From IMG/VR virus record IMGVR_UViG_3300045988_147139: a DNA stretch of 32,938 nt. One strand, 5' to 3'. Made by a program: the position numbers and the translations under genes. The stretch comes from a virus. Positions 8,063 to 16,350 of the stretch are shown piece by piece. The notes below the pieces were generated by a model, which made no database searches, was not told the origin of the DNA, and saw nothing but the letters and a program-made list of their open reading frames with translations. Numbering within the stretch: the first letter of the stretch is position 1; each line of letters opens with the position of its first letter.

Positions 8063-9718
8063 TTATTCGCAATATTTTGCGTAATTATATTTCTTTGAAG
8101 CCAAGATGTGGGCTTCATTTTGAGAATACCCTTTTTCCATATAGCGGAGTTCGGCATATTCGTGTTTCAGTAAAACGATATCCTGTTCCTTGAAATCGCC
8201 GTTTATAAGCCGCTGCCAAGACTGAGCCATATCATAAGAGGGGTCAAATCGCTTATGCCCTGTCAAGAGGTCGTGTTCGGTGATAAAAACGTGATTTTTT
8301 ATTTTGTCAATTTTATCACGGCTTATTCCTGTTGCCGCAGATATCTTCTGCGTATCTGTTGTCATATGGCGAACAGATTCATAATATTGAACAGCGTGCT
8401 TTTCGGCTTCCTTGCTGTAAGGGTTTAATGCTCCGCTTATTACACCTGTATTCATTATACCACTTCTGCTGCCATTGTCAAGCCCTGATTTCGCCTTCCT
8501 CTCCGCCCAAACCGTCTTGCTCGACTTGCTCCGATCATACCCGTAAACCTGAGTGCGGTCATTGTGCTGTTTAAGCCCCGTCTCCTTGCAGTAAGCCCTG
8601 TATTTCTCCCTCTGATTGCGAAGCCGTAAAGAAGCTTTCTGCAAGCCCTCAGTGTCGCCTGTTTCCTGTAACATCATACATTCACGCTTGGCGGCTCTGA
8701 TGCCCCGCTCCATAGCTCTCTGCTGCTGAAACTGCATATACCGCCTGTCATTTTCCTCTTTGGGATAGGGGAAATATCGCTGAAAATTGATGCCCGGAAC
8801 AAACGGATATTGAACGTGCCCGCAGTTGATACCGAGTATTCCGTCAGGCTGTCCGTAACTCGTCTGAGAAAAAGGCGTAAAATGTATTTTATTTCCTGCG
8901 CCGTCTGTGGTTACTCCGCTTGTGCCGTCACGGGAATAAATTTTTCCTTGGTCAATGGCACATTTGGGACGTGCGCCCAGATGTGAGCTTAGTTCGATAA
9001 GGTTTATCCCGTACTCATCACAACGTGCATTCTGCGCAGCCCTCGCCGTGTTTCCCAGCGTTGACCGCATATCCATCATAACGTAAGCCTCGGGAGACCA
9101 TTCACGCCCACGCTTGTCAACGAAAGCGGGAATGCCCTTTTGAGCAAGCTCACGTATGGTTTTCCTTGTTGCTTCCTGCAAGGACATCTGCCCCGATACA
9201 GCCTTTGCCGCACCCTTGCCCATAATGTCAAGAGCGCCCTGCCTGCCCTCGGAAGTGTCACGGTAAATGGCATTGACCGCATTTACATACGCCGAACCTG
9301 CCTTGTACCCCATGACCGTGTTCACAAGATTAAGGTCACTCGCCGCCTGCCGCTGAAACGCCTTGGCCGCATTCATGGCTGAGGTTTCCGCAGGAATGTC
9401 CGAGAAATATTCCGACAGCCCCGCAGCATTCGCCGCCTGCACCGCATTGTCAAGATATCCTATCTCAGTCTCAGCCGCCGTCAGAACAGCGTCCATAGCC
9501 TGACCGCCCTCGACCTCGGAATATCCCGCAATGATAGCCGCCGCCCGCTTGTCGAAACGTCCTGCCCTCGCCAGCTGCCTTATCCGCCATTTTGACGTGT
9601 CGGAAATATCTCCGTCCCGTGAAAGCTGCGCCGCAATTTCCCGCAGGATATCATCTTCCATGTCCAACAGTACCCGCACCAGAGGCGCCGAGAGCTCGTC
9701 ATACTGTTCCCTTGTCAT
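8063..9718 (-). CDS. Minor head / head-morphogenesis protein (SPP1 gp7 / MuF class) with ~130-aa C-terminal extension
   Basis: 551 aa. Its start overlaps the portal stop. The core region (...MDMRSTLGNTARAAQNARCDEYGINLIELSSHLGARPKCAIDQGKIYS...) is typical of minor capsid proteins that follow portals. The extra C-terminal module ends ...LLKHEYAELRYMEKGYSQNEAHILASKKYNYAKYCE. Confidence 0.7.
   Translation of the reverse strand: MTREQYDELSAPLVRVLLDMEDDILREIAAQLSRDGDISDTSKWRIRQLARAGRFDKRAAAIIAGYSEVEGGQAMDAVLTAAETEIGYLDNAVQAANAAGLSEYFSDIPAETSAMNAAKAFQRQAASDLNLVNTVMGYKAGSAYVNAVNAIYRDTSEGRQGALDIMGKGAAKAVSGQMSLQEATRKTIRELAQKGIPAFVDKRGREWSPEAYVMMDMRSTLGNTARAAQNARCDEYGINLIELSSHLGARPKCAIDQGKIYSRDGTSGVTTDGAGNKIHFTPFSQTSYGQPDGILGINCGHVQYPFVPGINFQRYFPYPKEENDRRYMQFQQQRAMERGIRAAKRECMMLQETGDTEGLQKASLRLRNQREKYRAYCKETGLKQHNDRTQVYGYDRSKSSKTVWAERKAKSGLDNGSRSGIMNTGVISGALNPYSKEAEKHAVQYYESVRHMTTDTQKISAATGISRDKIDKIKNHVFITEHDLLTGHKRFDPSYDMAQSWQRLINGDFKEQDIVLLKHEYAELRYMEKGYSQNEAHILASKKYNYAKYCE
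8454..8481 (-). promoter_or_regulatory. Strong internal promoter inside the minor head gene
   Basis: On the - strand: TTGACA (8481-8476), 16-nt spacer ending TGG (extended -10), TATAAT (8459-8454). Confidence 0.7.
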
Positions 9719-11361
9719 TATTCAGCACCTTCAAGAATTTTCTTTGCCTCTTCCTTGGAAACGCCGATAGCTACGGAAATGACGTTTATAGCCTGTCCCA
9801 GGCTCAGAGCACCCGACTGATACTGCGCCATAACAGCAATAAGGCTCTGTGTCTGTGCACCGTTCAGGGTCTTGCCTGCGGCTTCTTCGGCACTGTCAAT
9901 GATGTCGTCAGTGCCTGCCGTATCATCAGCATTATCACCGCCCGAAGTTACAAAGCCCTCACCGTCCGAAACTCCAAGAACAGCGCTCTCGGCGTTTATC
10001 CTCTCAAGCTCCCGCTTTGCCGCCTCTTCATCGCATTTCATAACCTCCATAATGGCAGAAATCTTTGACTTTAGCCCCGCCGTTACAAGACTGATGTTGT
10101 TTGCGATAAGCGTGTTGTCATCAATAACAACGCTGTCCTTAAACGCCACAGTGACCTCAAAATCGCCCCGGGGGACTTCACCTGTTATCTGTGCCAGTTT
10201 CAGCACAGCCCTGCACATACCCTCAATGAACTCAACGAGGAGATTTTTCTGACAGCGTATCGTAACAGCCGTCTTGTTTTCCTCGGAAACCACCTCGGTT
10301 GCGGTCTTAACTCCGCCCGCCTTGTCGAATGACAGCGAGCCGGGAGAAAGCCCCACCTGAAAGCACAGAATATTCAGCAGAGCATTTATGCCGTCAACGT
10401 GCTCTGAAATTCTCAGCTCCACAGTATTGTCGGTGATTTTCAGGTCCTTGTCCTCATCGCATTTCAGTGCCTGATAAACCTCGTCATCAGCGTCAAAATA
10501 CCGCTCTGTCTTACCCGTTTCGGGATTGACCACAGTACGAATGCAGGAGCTTGGCACGATTATTCTCTTCTTTCCGAGAACAAATTCCCTTGCAAAGCTG
10601 TCAAACGCCACATCAAGAGCTTTGAGCGTGTCCTCGCAGTTTGCAAAGCAGCTTATGCCGAGAGGCAGCTCCGTGGGAATGTTGCTTGGAAAATCGGTCT
10701 TGAAATACTGAAACAGGGGCGTGTCCATAGCATATGTGAACGTGTCTGCCATATCGGGATAAAGCGCCGACAGCGGCACTCTGTCACCCGGAGCATTGGG
10801 GTCAGAAGAACGAAACAAAAAGCACTCCACAAGGATATCATCATCCTTGACGGAATGCTTCTCGAATAACGTGTAATAATATTTGTCCTTGGCTGATACC
10901 GTGCCGAAAATGCCCTCGGTAATGTCCCTGTTGTCCCATTTCAATGGGTAGAACTGCCGCCCCTCAACAAACGAGAGCCGCACCCTGCCCCGTTCTATGT
11001 ATTCCCTCAGAACACAGCCGCCCTGAGCAAATGCCGAAGAGAGAAGCCGTGGAATGTTCTTCCAGAAGCCCTCACGACAGAGGAAATCAAGGATAAAGTC
11101 GTCATATTCCTTTGACCCGCAGGATATGTCCACCTGCTCCGCAAAGCACTTGTGAGCGAACTCATCGCACAGTATCTTCGCCGTGTTCAGCATATTCATC
11201 TGCCGCACAGTGCCCCTGTTCAGCCCCGCACGCTTTACCTCACGCCATTTCGGGCGACCCTCGTAAATATCCTGCCACCTGTCCATATAGCCGCTGTAAA
11301 AGCCGTTATCCCCGGGAAATTCTTCCTCCGGAAACGCCTGCCGCATTTTTTCTATCATCAT
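9718..11361 (-). CDS. Portal protein (SPP1 gp6-like)
   Basis: 547 aa. It lies in the packaging/head block, separated from terL by the DUF4417 gene and a 130-aa moron, and directly before the minor head protein. The N-terminus MMIEKMRQAFPEEEFPGDNGFYSGYMDRWQDIYEGRPKW and the acidic C-terminal tail are typical of this portal family. Confidence 0.85.
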   Translation of the reverse strand: MMIEKMRQAFPEEEFPGDNGFYSGYMDRWQDIYEGRPKWREVKRAGLNRGTVRQMNMLNTAKILCDEFAHKCFAEQVDISCGSKEYDDFILDFLCREGFWKNIPRLLSSAFAQGGCVLREYIERGRVRLSFVEGRQFYPLKWDNRDITEGIFGTVSAKDKYYYTLFEKHSVKDDDILVECFLFRSSDPNAPGDRVPLSALYPDMADTFTYAMDTPLFQYFKTDFPSNIPTELPLGISCFANCEDTLKALDVAFDSFAREFVLGKKRIIVPSSCIRTVVNPETGKTERYFDADDEVYQALKCDEDKDLKITDNTVELRISEHVDGINALLNILCFQVGLSPGSLSFDKAGGVKTATEVVSEENKTAVTIRCQKNLLVEFIEGMCRAVLKLAQITGEVPRGDFEVTVAFKDSVVIDDNTLIANNISLVTAGLKSKISAIMEVMKCDEEAAKRELERINAESAVLGVSDGEGFVTSGGDNADDTAGTDDIIDSAEEAAGKTLNGAQTQSLIAVMAQYQSGALSLGQAINVISVAIGVSKEEAKKILEGAE

Positions 11362-11391
11362 TTTTCATCACTCCCTGTCTAAAAAAGGCAT

Positions 11392-11418
11392 AAAAAAACC
11401 GCCTGATCTCTCAGACGG
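11392..11418 (-). terminator. Intrinsic terminator between the 130-aa moron and the portal gene
   Basis: The - strand RNA reads CCGUCUGA-gaga-UCAGGCGG followed by UUUUUUUAUGCC. The single G:U pair would be a C:A mismatch on the + strand. Confidence 0.55.
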
Positions 11419-11479
11419 TAACAAGCGGACGGAGTTGCACCGCCCATTCACATAATTGTGCGTGTTCCTCTCAACACTT

Positions 11480-11872
11480 CTACTTGTTATTATGATAATA
11501 CCACGTTTTTAATACTTTGTCAACCATTTTATTTTCTTTGCCGGAAGGAGCAAAATCACCCTTTTCATTATGATAATACCCCTTGTGGGTGTGTGGCAAG
11601 GTTGGAATACCGTTAATAATATGAGTTTTGTCTAAATCTATCTGCTTAAAATGCTTGTTCTTTTTGTTGTAATAAGTGATATATTTAGGCTTATTATCAT
11701 AATTTAACGTTACATATATTCGACCTTTAGTCATAGTCTCCAATGGTGGAGTAGCACTGCCGCTGTTTGTCCTGACAAATTTTATATTTCCACTTTGCAA
11801 AATGGTTGTGTATTCGGTTCCGTATCGCTTGCCTTTATCGCTCACCCCGCTTGCACTTCCTCTACCGCCCAC
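11480..11872 (-). CDS. Hypothetical 130-aa protein, AT-rich moron (Gly/Ser linker-like N-terminus, HTHKGYYHNEKG motif)
   Basis: GTG 11872 lies 9 nt after GGGAGG and overlaps the DUF4417 stop by 11 nt. The ORF is visibly more AT-rich than its flanks and has its own terminator. Confidence 0.6.
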   Translation of the reverse strand: MGGRGSASGVSDKGKRYGTEYTTILQSGNIKFVRTNSGSATPPLETMTKGRIYVTLNYDNKPKYITYYNKKNKHFKQIDLDKTHIINGIPTLPHTHKGYYHNEKGDFAPSGKENKMVDKVLKTWYYHNNK

Positions 11873-12494
11873 AGGTCATCGCCTCCCTGAATTTATCCTG
11901 AAAAGATTTGATGTGAATTATATTCCCTCTGCATTCATCGGGAACAGAGCCGTAAAAGATTATTTTGGACGGACAGAGCCGTTCGCACATAGCCTCATAG
12001 CCCCTCAGAAATGCCGCTTTCGCTGCCCTGCTGTTCTGCGTTCCCACCGATGAAACGGCAACAACGCCGCCCGCAGGTTCGCCGTCAAAACACCACTCAA
12101 AGGATCTTTCATCGCTCCAGCAAATTGTGGGAATGACCTTTATCCCGAAGGACTGCCAGTAAGCCCCAAGCCAGTGCTTGCGGTAATGGTTATATATCTG
12201 CATAGCCACAGGAAAATCGGTGTACAGCGAAAAATCAGGAGACAGCACACAGGCAAACTGTGAAAGCGTGTTTATATAATCCCTCGGTCTGTTCCATACC
12301 CTGAAAAACTGGTAATCGTCAAGGAAGAAATGCACCGCTTTTTCTGCCCTGTCCTTTGCAGTTGCGGCATAATTAAAGCCGATAAAGCCGGAGAAATAGA
12401 CTTTATCAGCCTTTATAACAGGTATATCATATCTCCCGACAACATCGGGCGTGAACTTTTCAAGATTTTCATACCGCTGTTTTTCGGGTATCAT
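11862..12494 (-). CDS. DUF4417-like protein (210 aa)
   Basis: The motifs HFFLDDYQFFRVWN, LSPDFSLYTDFP, QIYNHYRKHWLGAYWQ and GIKVIPTICW match my recollection of DUF4417. The start overlaps the terL stop. Confidence 0.6.
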   Translation of the reverse strand: MIPEKQRYENLEKFTPDVVGRYDIPVIKADKVYFSGFIGFNYAATAKDRAEKAVHFFLDDYQFFRVWNRPRDYINTLSQFACVLSPDFSLYTDFPVAMQIYNHYRKHWLGAYWQSFGIKVIPTICWSDERSFEWCFDGEPAGGVVAVSSVGTQNSRAAKAAFLRGYEAMCERLCPSKIIFYGSVPDECRGNIIHIKSFQDKFREAMTCGR

Positions 12495-13732
12495 AAACCT
12501 ATTGTCCTTTCCATCATATCGTTCATATACGGCTCCGTGCTGTATTCCTGCGCATCGAGATTATCAATGTTTGTTGTGCCGTCGTCAAGGCGGACATCAG
12601 CCGTTTTGACCTTGCTATCCCACATAGCCTCTGAGAGCGCATCTATGGTCGATGTGCAGCCTTTAAGTATCTTGTACCGCCCTGCACCCATCATCACCGT
12701 GTAGAAACGTATGCGGTCGTTTATGGGACCCTTTCGGGCATTATGTATTTCCACACACAAATTTCTTTTCGCCGCATCTATGCGCATACCCTCGATGAGT
12801 GTCTGCTCTGCGCTATCGCAATATACATTGACCAGCGGAACGCCCCCGAGAATGAGCCTGCATTCTGCGATAAACCCCGCAAAATCAGCATATAGCTGCT
12901 CAGGTGTCGCAGCATCTTTCCTGCGGTAATCGTGAACAGTCACCATATCCCGAAGCCCACGGGTGAAGCCCGTGCAGTTGAATGCGTGAGCCGACTTGCC
13001 GCCGCCGAAATCAACCCCGACAGTGGCAAGCACGAGGTCAAGTCCGTCAAGGCTGTCAATGATAAAGTCATTCGGACGGTCGTTGAAGCGGCGATATATA
13101 ACGCCCTCAGCATTCACCCATTTGCCAAGCACATAACGGTCATAATATATCGTTCCCGCATATTCCGTTTTCAGATCACTTACAAATTTCGGGTCAAGGG
13201 TCGGATTGTCATCAAGAGTATATTTCTGACAGTAAATATCCGCATCACTGTCAAGGAATTTCTTGAACCAGTGCTGACGTCCCTCGGGATTGCACGTTCC
13301 GTCAAAACGGCTGTAAGGCTTGTCAAGACGTGATTTCAGCATATCAAAGACAGCCTCGTTCCACGTCACGACCTCATCGCCATAGCAGTATTTTACGGAC
13401 ATACCACGTATCTTGTCAACCGATGTTTTTTTGTCAGCTCCGAGGCAGTAGCACCGTTCACCGAAGAGCATAGCTGTGTTGTCAGTCGTGCGGATTGGCT
13501 TCACCAGTTCATCGCCCCACAGCTCCTGCAAGGGGTATATGACATTTCGGAGCAGTGTGCCCTGAGTATGCCCCAGAAGCAGCACAGCCCCCTCACGTCC
13601 CGCCACACTGCGAATGCGTTTGGGTATGGCGTAATAGTCCATATACGTCTTTCCCGAACGTGTCGCACCTGTCTTGACGTTCCATCGGTGCGTGGCATTC
13701 CGGAAGTATTCCTTTTGCATATCTGTGAACAT
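12491..13732 (-). CDS. terL: Terminase large subunit (PBSX/XtmB type, headful packaging)
   Basis: 413 aa. A Walker A-like KTGATRSGKT lies near the N-terminus, and a nuclease-half motif occurs near VDFGGG...DSAEQ. It directly follows the small subunit (ATGA overlap). Confidence 0.9.
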   Translation of the reverse strand: MFTDMQKEYFRNATHRWNVKTGATRSGKTYMDYYAIPKRIRSVAGREGAVLLLGHTQGTLLRNVIYPLQELWGDELVKPIRTTDNTAMLFGERCYCLGADKKTSVDKIRGMSVKYCYGDEVVTWNEAVFDMLKSRLDKPYSRFDGTCNPEGRQHWFKKFLDSDADIYCQKYTLDDNPTLDPKFVSDLKTEYAGTIYYDRYVLGKWVNAEGVIYRRFNDRPNDFIIDSLDGLDLVLATVGVDFGGGKSAHAFNCTGFTRGLRDMVTVHDYRRKDAATPEQLYADFAGFIAECRLILGGVPLVNVYCDSAEQTLIEGMRIDAAKRNLCVEIHNARKGPINDRIRFYTVMMGAGRYKILKGCTSTIDALSEAMWDSKVKTADVRLDDGTTNIDNLDAQEYSTEPYMNDMMERTIGL

Positions 13733-14160
13733 CAGAAGCCCCCTTCAATTTTGCCGAGGACTTCATCAAGCTTGGAGAGTGCCGCACTGTCTCCCTCGGA
13801 AGAAGCCTTTTCCTTAAGCTTAAGCTCACGCTTTTTAAGGGCAAGCTCCTCGTGCGCAATATCCTTGCCGAGTATCTGTATCACCCTGTCAAACGCCTTT
13901 GTGTCACCCTGAGCGGCACTCAGGAACATAGACATAACAAGCACCATCTCGTTGTCCATATCATCGGGAGAAACACCGAGAGCTTCAAGCTGCTCCCTGT
14001 CATTGGCAGCAGCGGGAAGTTCAAGCAGAGCCTTCATCTTCTGCTTCATGTCCTTTTTGCGCCGCCTTGCCTCACCCGAGGCCTTGCCGCCTTTTTGAGT
14101 GATTTCTCGGAGTTCACTCGGAGTTCGTTCGGAATTTGATATTAGATTTTTTTCATTCAC
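13732..14160 (-). CDS. terS: Putative terminase small subunit (142 aa)
   Basis: GTG 14160 follows AGGTGG. The N-terminus is basic (KGGKASGEARRRKKDMKQK). It is coupled to terL. Confidence 0.6.
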   Translation of the reverse strand: MNEKNLISNSERTPSELREITQKGGKASGEARRRKKDMKQKMKALLELPAAANDREQLEALGVSPDDMDNEMVLVMSMFLSAAQGDTKAFDRVIQILGKDIAHEELALKKRELKLKEKASSEGDSAALSKLDEVLGKIEGGF

Positions 14161-14185
14161 GGGTCACCACCTGCCGAAAAATAGG

Positions 14186-14224
14186 ATAAAAAAATCCGCT
14201 TACAGCCTTTAACCGTAAGCGGAT
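14186..14224 (-). terminator. Strong intrinsic terminator in the leader of the late operon
   Basis: A perfect 10-bp stem ATCCGCTTAC/GTAAGCGGAT with an 11-nt loop is followed by U7 on the - strand. It lies 25 nt upstream of the terS start. Confidence 0.75.
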
Positions 14225-14243
14225 ATAAAAATTCACTATATCC

Positions 14244-14272
14244 ATTTTAGCACAAACATAGTGACATGTCAA
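14244..14272 (-). promoter_or_regulatory. Late-operon promoter (PR'-like)
   Basis: On the - strand: TTGACA (14272-14267), 17-nt spacer ending TGC, TAAAAT (14249-14244). It overlaps the stop codon of the 139-aa regulator gene. The dyad GGATATA-N9-TATATCC (14243-14221) spans the predicted start site. Confidence 0.65.
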
Positions 14273-14688
14273 GCATTTTTTGAAATTTTCACAAGAGCCT
14301 TGCCGTGAAGCCTATGTACGTGCCGCACACTGATTCCCATTTTGGCAGCAATCTGTCCCCAAGACTTGCAGTAAAGATAATGCAGGTTAAGCACTTCCCG
14401 CTGCCGTTCATCTTTCACAAGGTAAATGAGCCTGCCCGCCGCACAATACGGGTTTGAAAGTTCTGCTTTGCATTTGTCCGCTTGGGTTTCATAATCAGAT
14501 ACCTCGCAATATGATTCTTCAACGGAATTTCCGTTGCGCTCATATTCTGCGCCTGTGCTGTTATATCGCACTGTTTTGCCGTTCGTCAGCCTGTTTTCAT
14601 AACGCCTGTGCTTGTTACGGGCTTTGAGATACTTGCTCCCTGCCTCTCGTGCATCATTCAGCACCGCCTTGACCTCCTGCACAGTCAA
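14269..14688 (-). CDS. Late-gene regulator, sigma-70 region-4-like HTH (ArpU/RinA/DUF1492 class), 139 aa
   Basis: The C-terminus ERQREVLNLHYLYCKSWGQIAAKMGISVRHVHRLHGKALVKI resembles a sigma region 4 HTH. It is the last gene before terS. The TTG start lies behind AAGGAG. Confidence 0.65.
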   Translation of the reverse strand: MTVQEVKAVLNDAREAGSKYLKARNKHRRYENRLTNGKTVRYNSTGAEYERNGNSVEESYCEVSDYETQADKCKAELSNPYCAAGRLIYLVKDERQREVLNLHYLYCKSWGQIAAKMGISVRHVHRLHGKALVKISKNA

Positions 14689-14694
14689 TATGCA

Positions 14695-15156
14695 TCACTC
14701 CTTTTTCAGCAATTCGGGATTATCGTAAATGTTGCCGATGACTTCTGCTGCAAATTCGTCTGTTTTTCCTATTGCAGCACATCTCAAAATAGATGAATTT
14801 ACCCAAGCGGTAGGATTTGGGGCGTTGACACGGCGCACACCAAAGCTTGAAATTTCATCAATCCAAACAATCACACCAATTGTTGTAGCAGAATATGCAG
14901 TGCCCTTAACGATATCCCCCTCGAAAATCTTTACACCGTTCTTGTCGGTCAGACCTGTGTACTGTCCTATGGTTTCATAATCAACTTCAATGCCGCTTAC
15001 GCCTGACGTATTAGTCATTTCAGCGGGTAAATCATACCTTTCATTATAAGGTTGAGTTAATAATCCATAGACCCAATCGCCGTTCTTATACGTTGTTCTG
15101 TAATATCCACTATCACGGTTTATGGCTTTTCCTCTGAACAAAATTTCACGTTCCAT
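14695..15156 (-). CDS. YopX-family protein (153 aa)
   Basis: ATG 15156 lies behind GGAGGTG. MEREILFRGKAI...WVYG...IGQYTGLTDKNGVKIFEGDIV...VIGNIYDNPELL is the classic YopX pattern. Confidence 0.75.
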   Translation of the reverse strand: MEREILFRGKAINRDSGYYRTTYKNGDWVYGLLTQPYNERYDLPAEMTNTSGVSGIEVDYETIGQYTGLTDKNGVKIFEGDIVKGTAYSATTIGVIVWIDEISSFGVRRVNAPNPTAWVNSSILRCAAIGKTDEFAAEVIGNIYDNPELLKKE

Positions 15157-15712
15157 TGTTTTCACCTCCGTCCATCTTTGCCCCGCAGGTGGGGCAGTAA
15201 TCCGATAAAACAAATTCGTCATTACAGCTAAATATAGCTTCGTTGCCACAATTGGAGCATTTATATCCAGCAATTGGGTCGCATCCTGCGAATTCAGGGT
15301 TGAAGCCTGTCATTTCGCTTTCTGATATTGGCTCCCAAAATCCACTCTTCACTGGTGCAACATCAGCGGCGGGCAACCTTACATCAGATATTGAAAATAC
15401 AATACCTCTGCAATATTTTTCGCCGTCCTCGTAAACGTCAAAACATTCGTGCGGTATATCTGTATCATAAGTCCATGAATACCCGTCCTTACACCAGTTG
15501 ATTTTTACCTTTGCGCCTGCAATAGTCGCTTCGCCGCCGTCAAAACAGTCTATTTCATCATCTTCCGCACCTCTTATCTCGCATAAATCGTCGGAAGCAC
15601 CGAAAACAACTACAAGACCGTTTTCCTCGGCAATAGCCGCCGCCATTAAAGATAACTCGTTTTCGTATTGGCAATTCTGCATATACAGTTTCACAAATTC
15701 ATTAGGTGTCAT
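15146..15712 (-). CDS. Hypothetical protein with C-terminal zinc-ribbon (CSNCG...CPTCG)
   Basis: 188-aa ORF coupled to both neighbours. Confidence 0.5.
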   Translation of the reverse strand: MTPNEFVKLYMQNCQYENELSLMAAAIAEENGLVVVFGASDDLCEIRGAEDDEIDCFDGGEATIAGAKVKINWCKDGYSWTYDTDIPHECFDVYEDGEKYCRGIVFSISDVRLPAADVAPVKSGFWEPISESEMTGFNPEFAGCDPIAGYKCSNCGNEAIFSCNDEFVLSDYCPTCGAKMDGGENNGT

Positions 15713-16169
15713 TGTTATACCTCCTATCTCTATTCGCAGACCGAAACATCATAAGCAGCATTTCAAGCGCAGGACGTTTCCTGTCTGATCGCTTACCTTT
15801 TTTGACGGATTTTAAACCGTTTTCACACGCAACATAAACACCGACACGATACGGAATTTCGTTTTTTATCTTTTCATAAACATCAGGCGGCATAACGTAA
15901 TAATTAAAGTCGCCTATAAAGTTATGTCCGTTCTTGGAATGAAAATCCTCAACAGACGATTTAATCTCATAGCAGTAAAAATCACCTTTTTCTATTCCCG
16001 AAATAGTATTGTTTACGGGAACAAACCGCATATAATCAATTCTGACTTGATTTAATGTACCATAGTCGAATGTTACTTCCTTTGACATATAAATGCGTGG
16101 GTCGTTGTGCGGATTTATATGTAATTCAAGCAGGAGCGACAACGCTGCTGTTGTTGCTTTCCTATCCAT
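15702..16169 (-). CDS. PD-(D/E)XK nuclease-like protein (MmcB-like)
   Basis: RIDYMRF...FYCYEIKSSVEDFHSKNGHNFIGDFNYYVMP fits a D...E-x-K nuclease core as in MmcB-type proteins. Confidence 0.5.
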   Translation of the reverse strand: MDRKATTAALSLLLELHINPHNDPRIYMSKEVTFDYGTLNQVRIDYMRFVPVNNTISGIEKGDFYCYEIKSSVEDFHSKNGHNFIGDFNYYVMPPDVYEKIKNEIPYRVGVYVACENGLKSVKKGKRSDRKRPALEMLLMMFRSANRDRRYNNDT

Positions 16170-16350
16170 TGTCAGCCCTCCTGTTTTTAAAATACCTAAT
16201 AATTATTTTTGCAGATTCTTTCGGGTGACGGAAAATGAAATGCACGATTGACTTACGCATTACCACATTACTGTCGCCTTCATAGGTTTTTCCGCAAATC
16301 TTGCACCGTTGCGTGACCATGAAAGATATGCTTCCGTTGAATTTAATCAT
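16162..16350 (-). CDS. Hypothetical 62-aa protein
   Basis: ATG 16350 overlaps the end of the upstream gene. The longer track ORF start (16449) lies inside the upstream gene. Confidence 0.4.
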   Translation of the reverse strand: MIKFNGSISFMVTQRCKICGKTYEGDSNVVMRKSIVHFIFRHPKESAKIIIRYFKNRRADNG

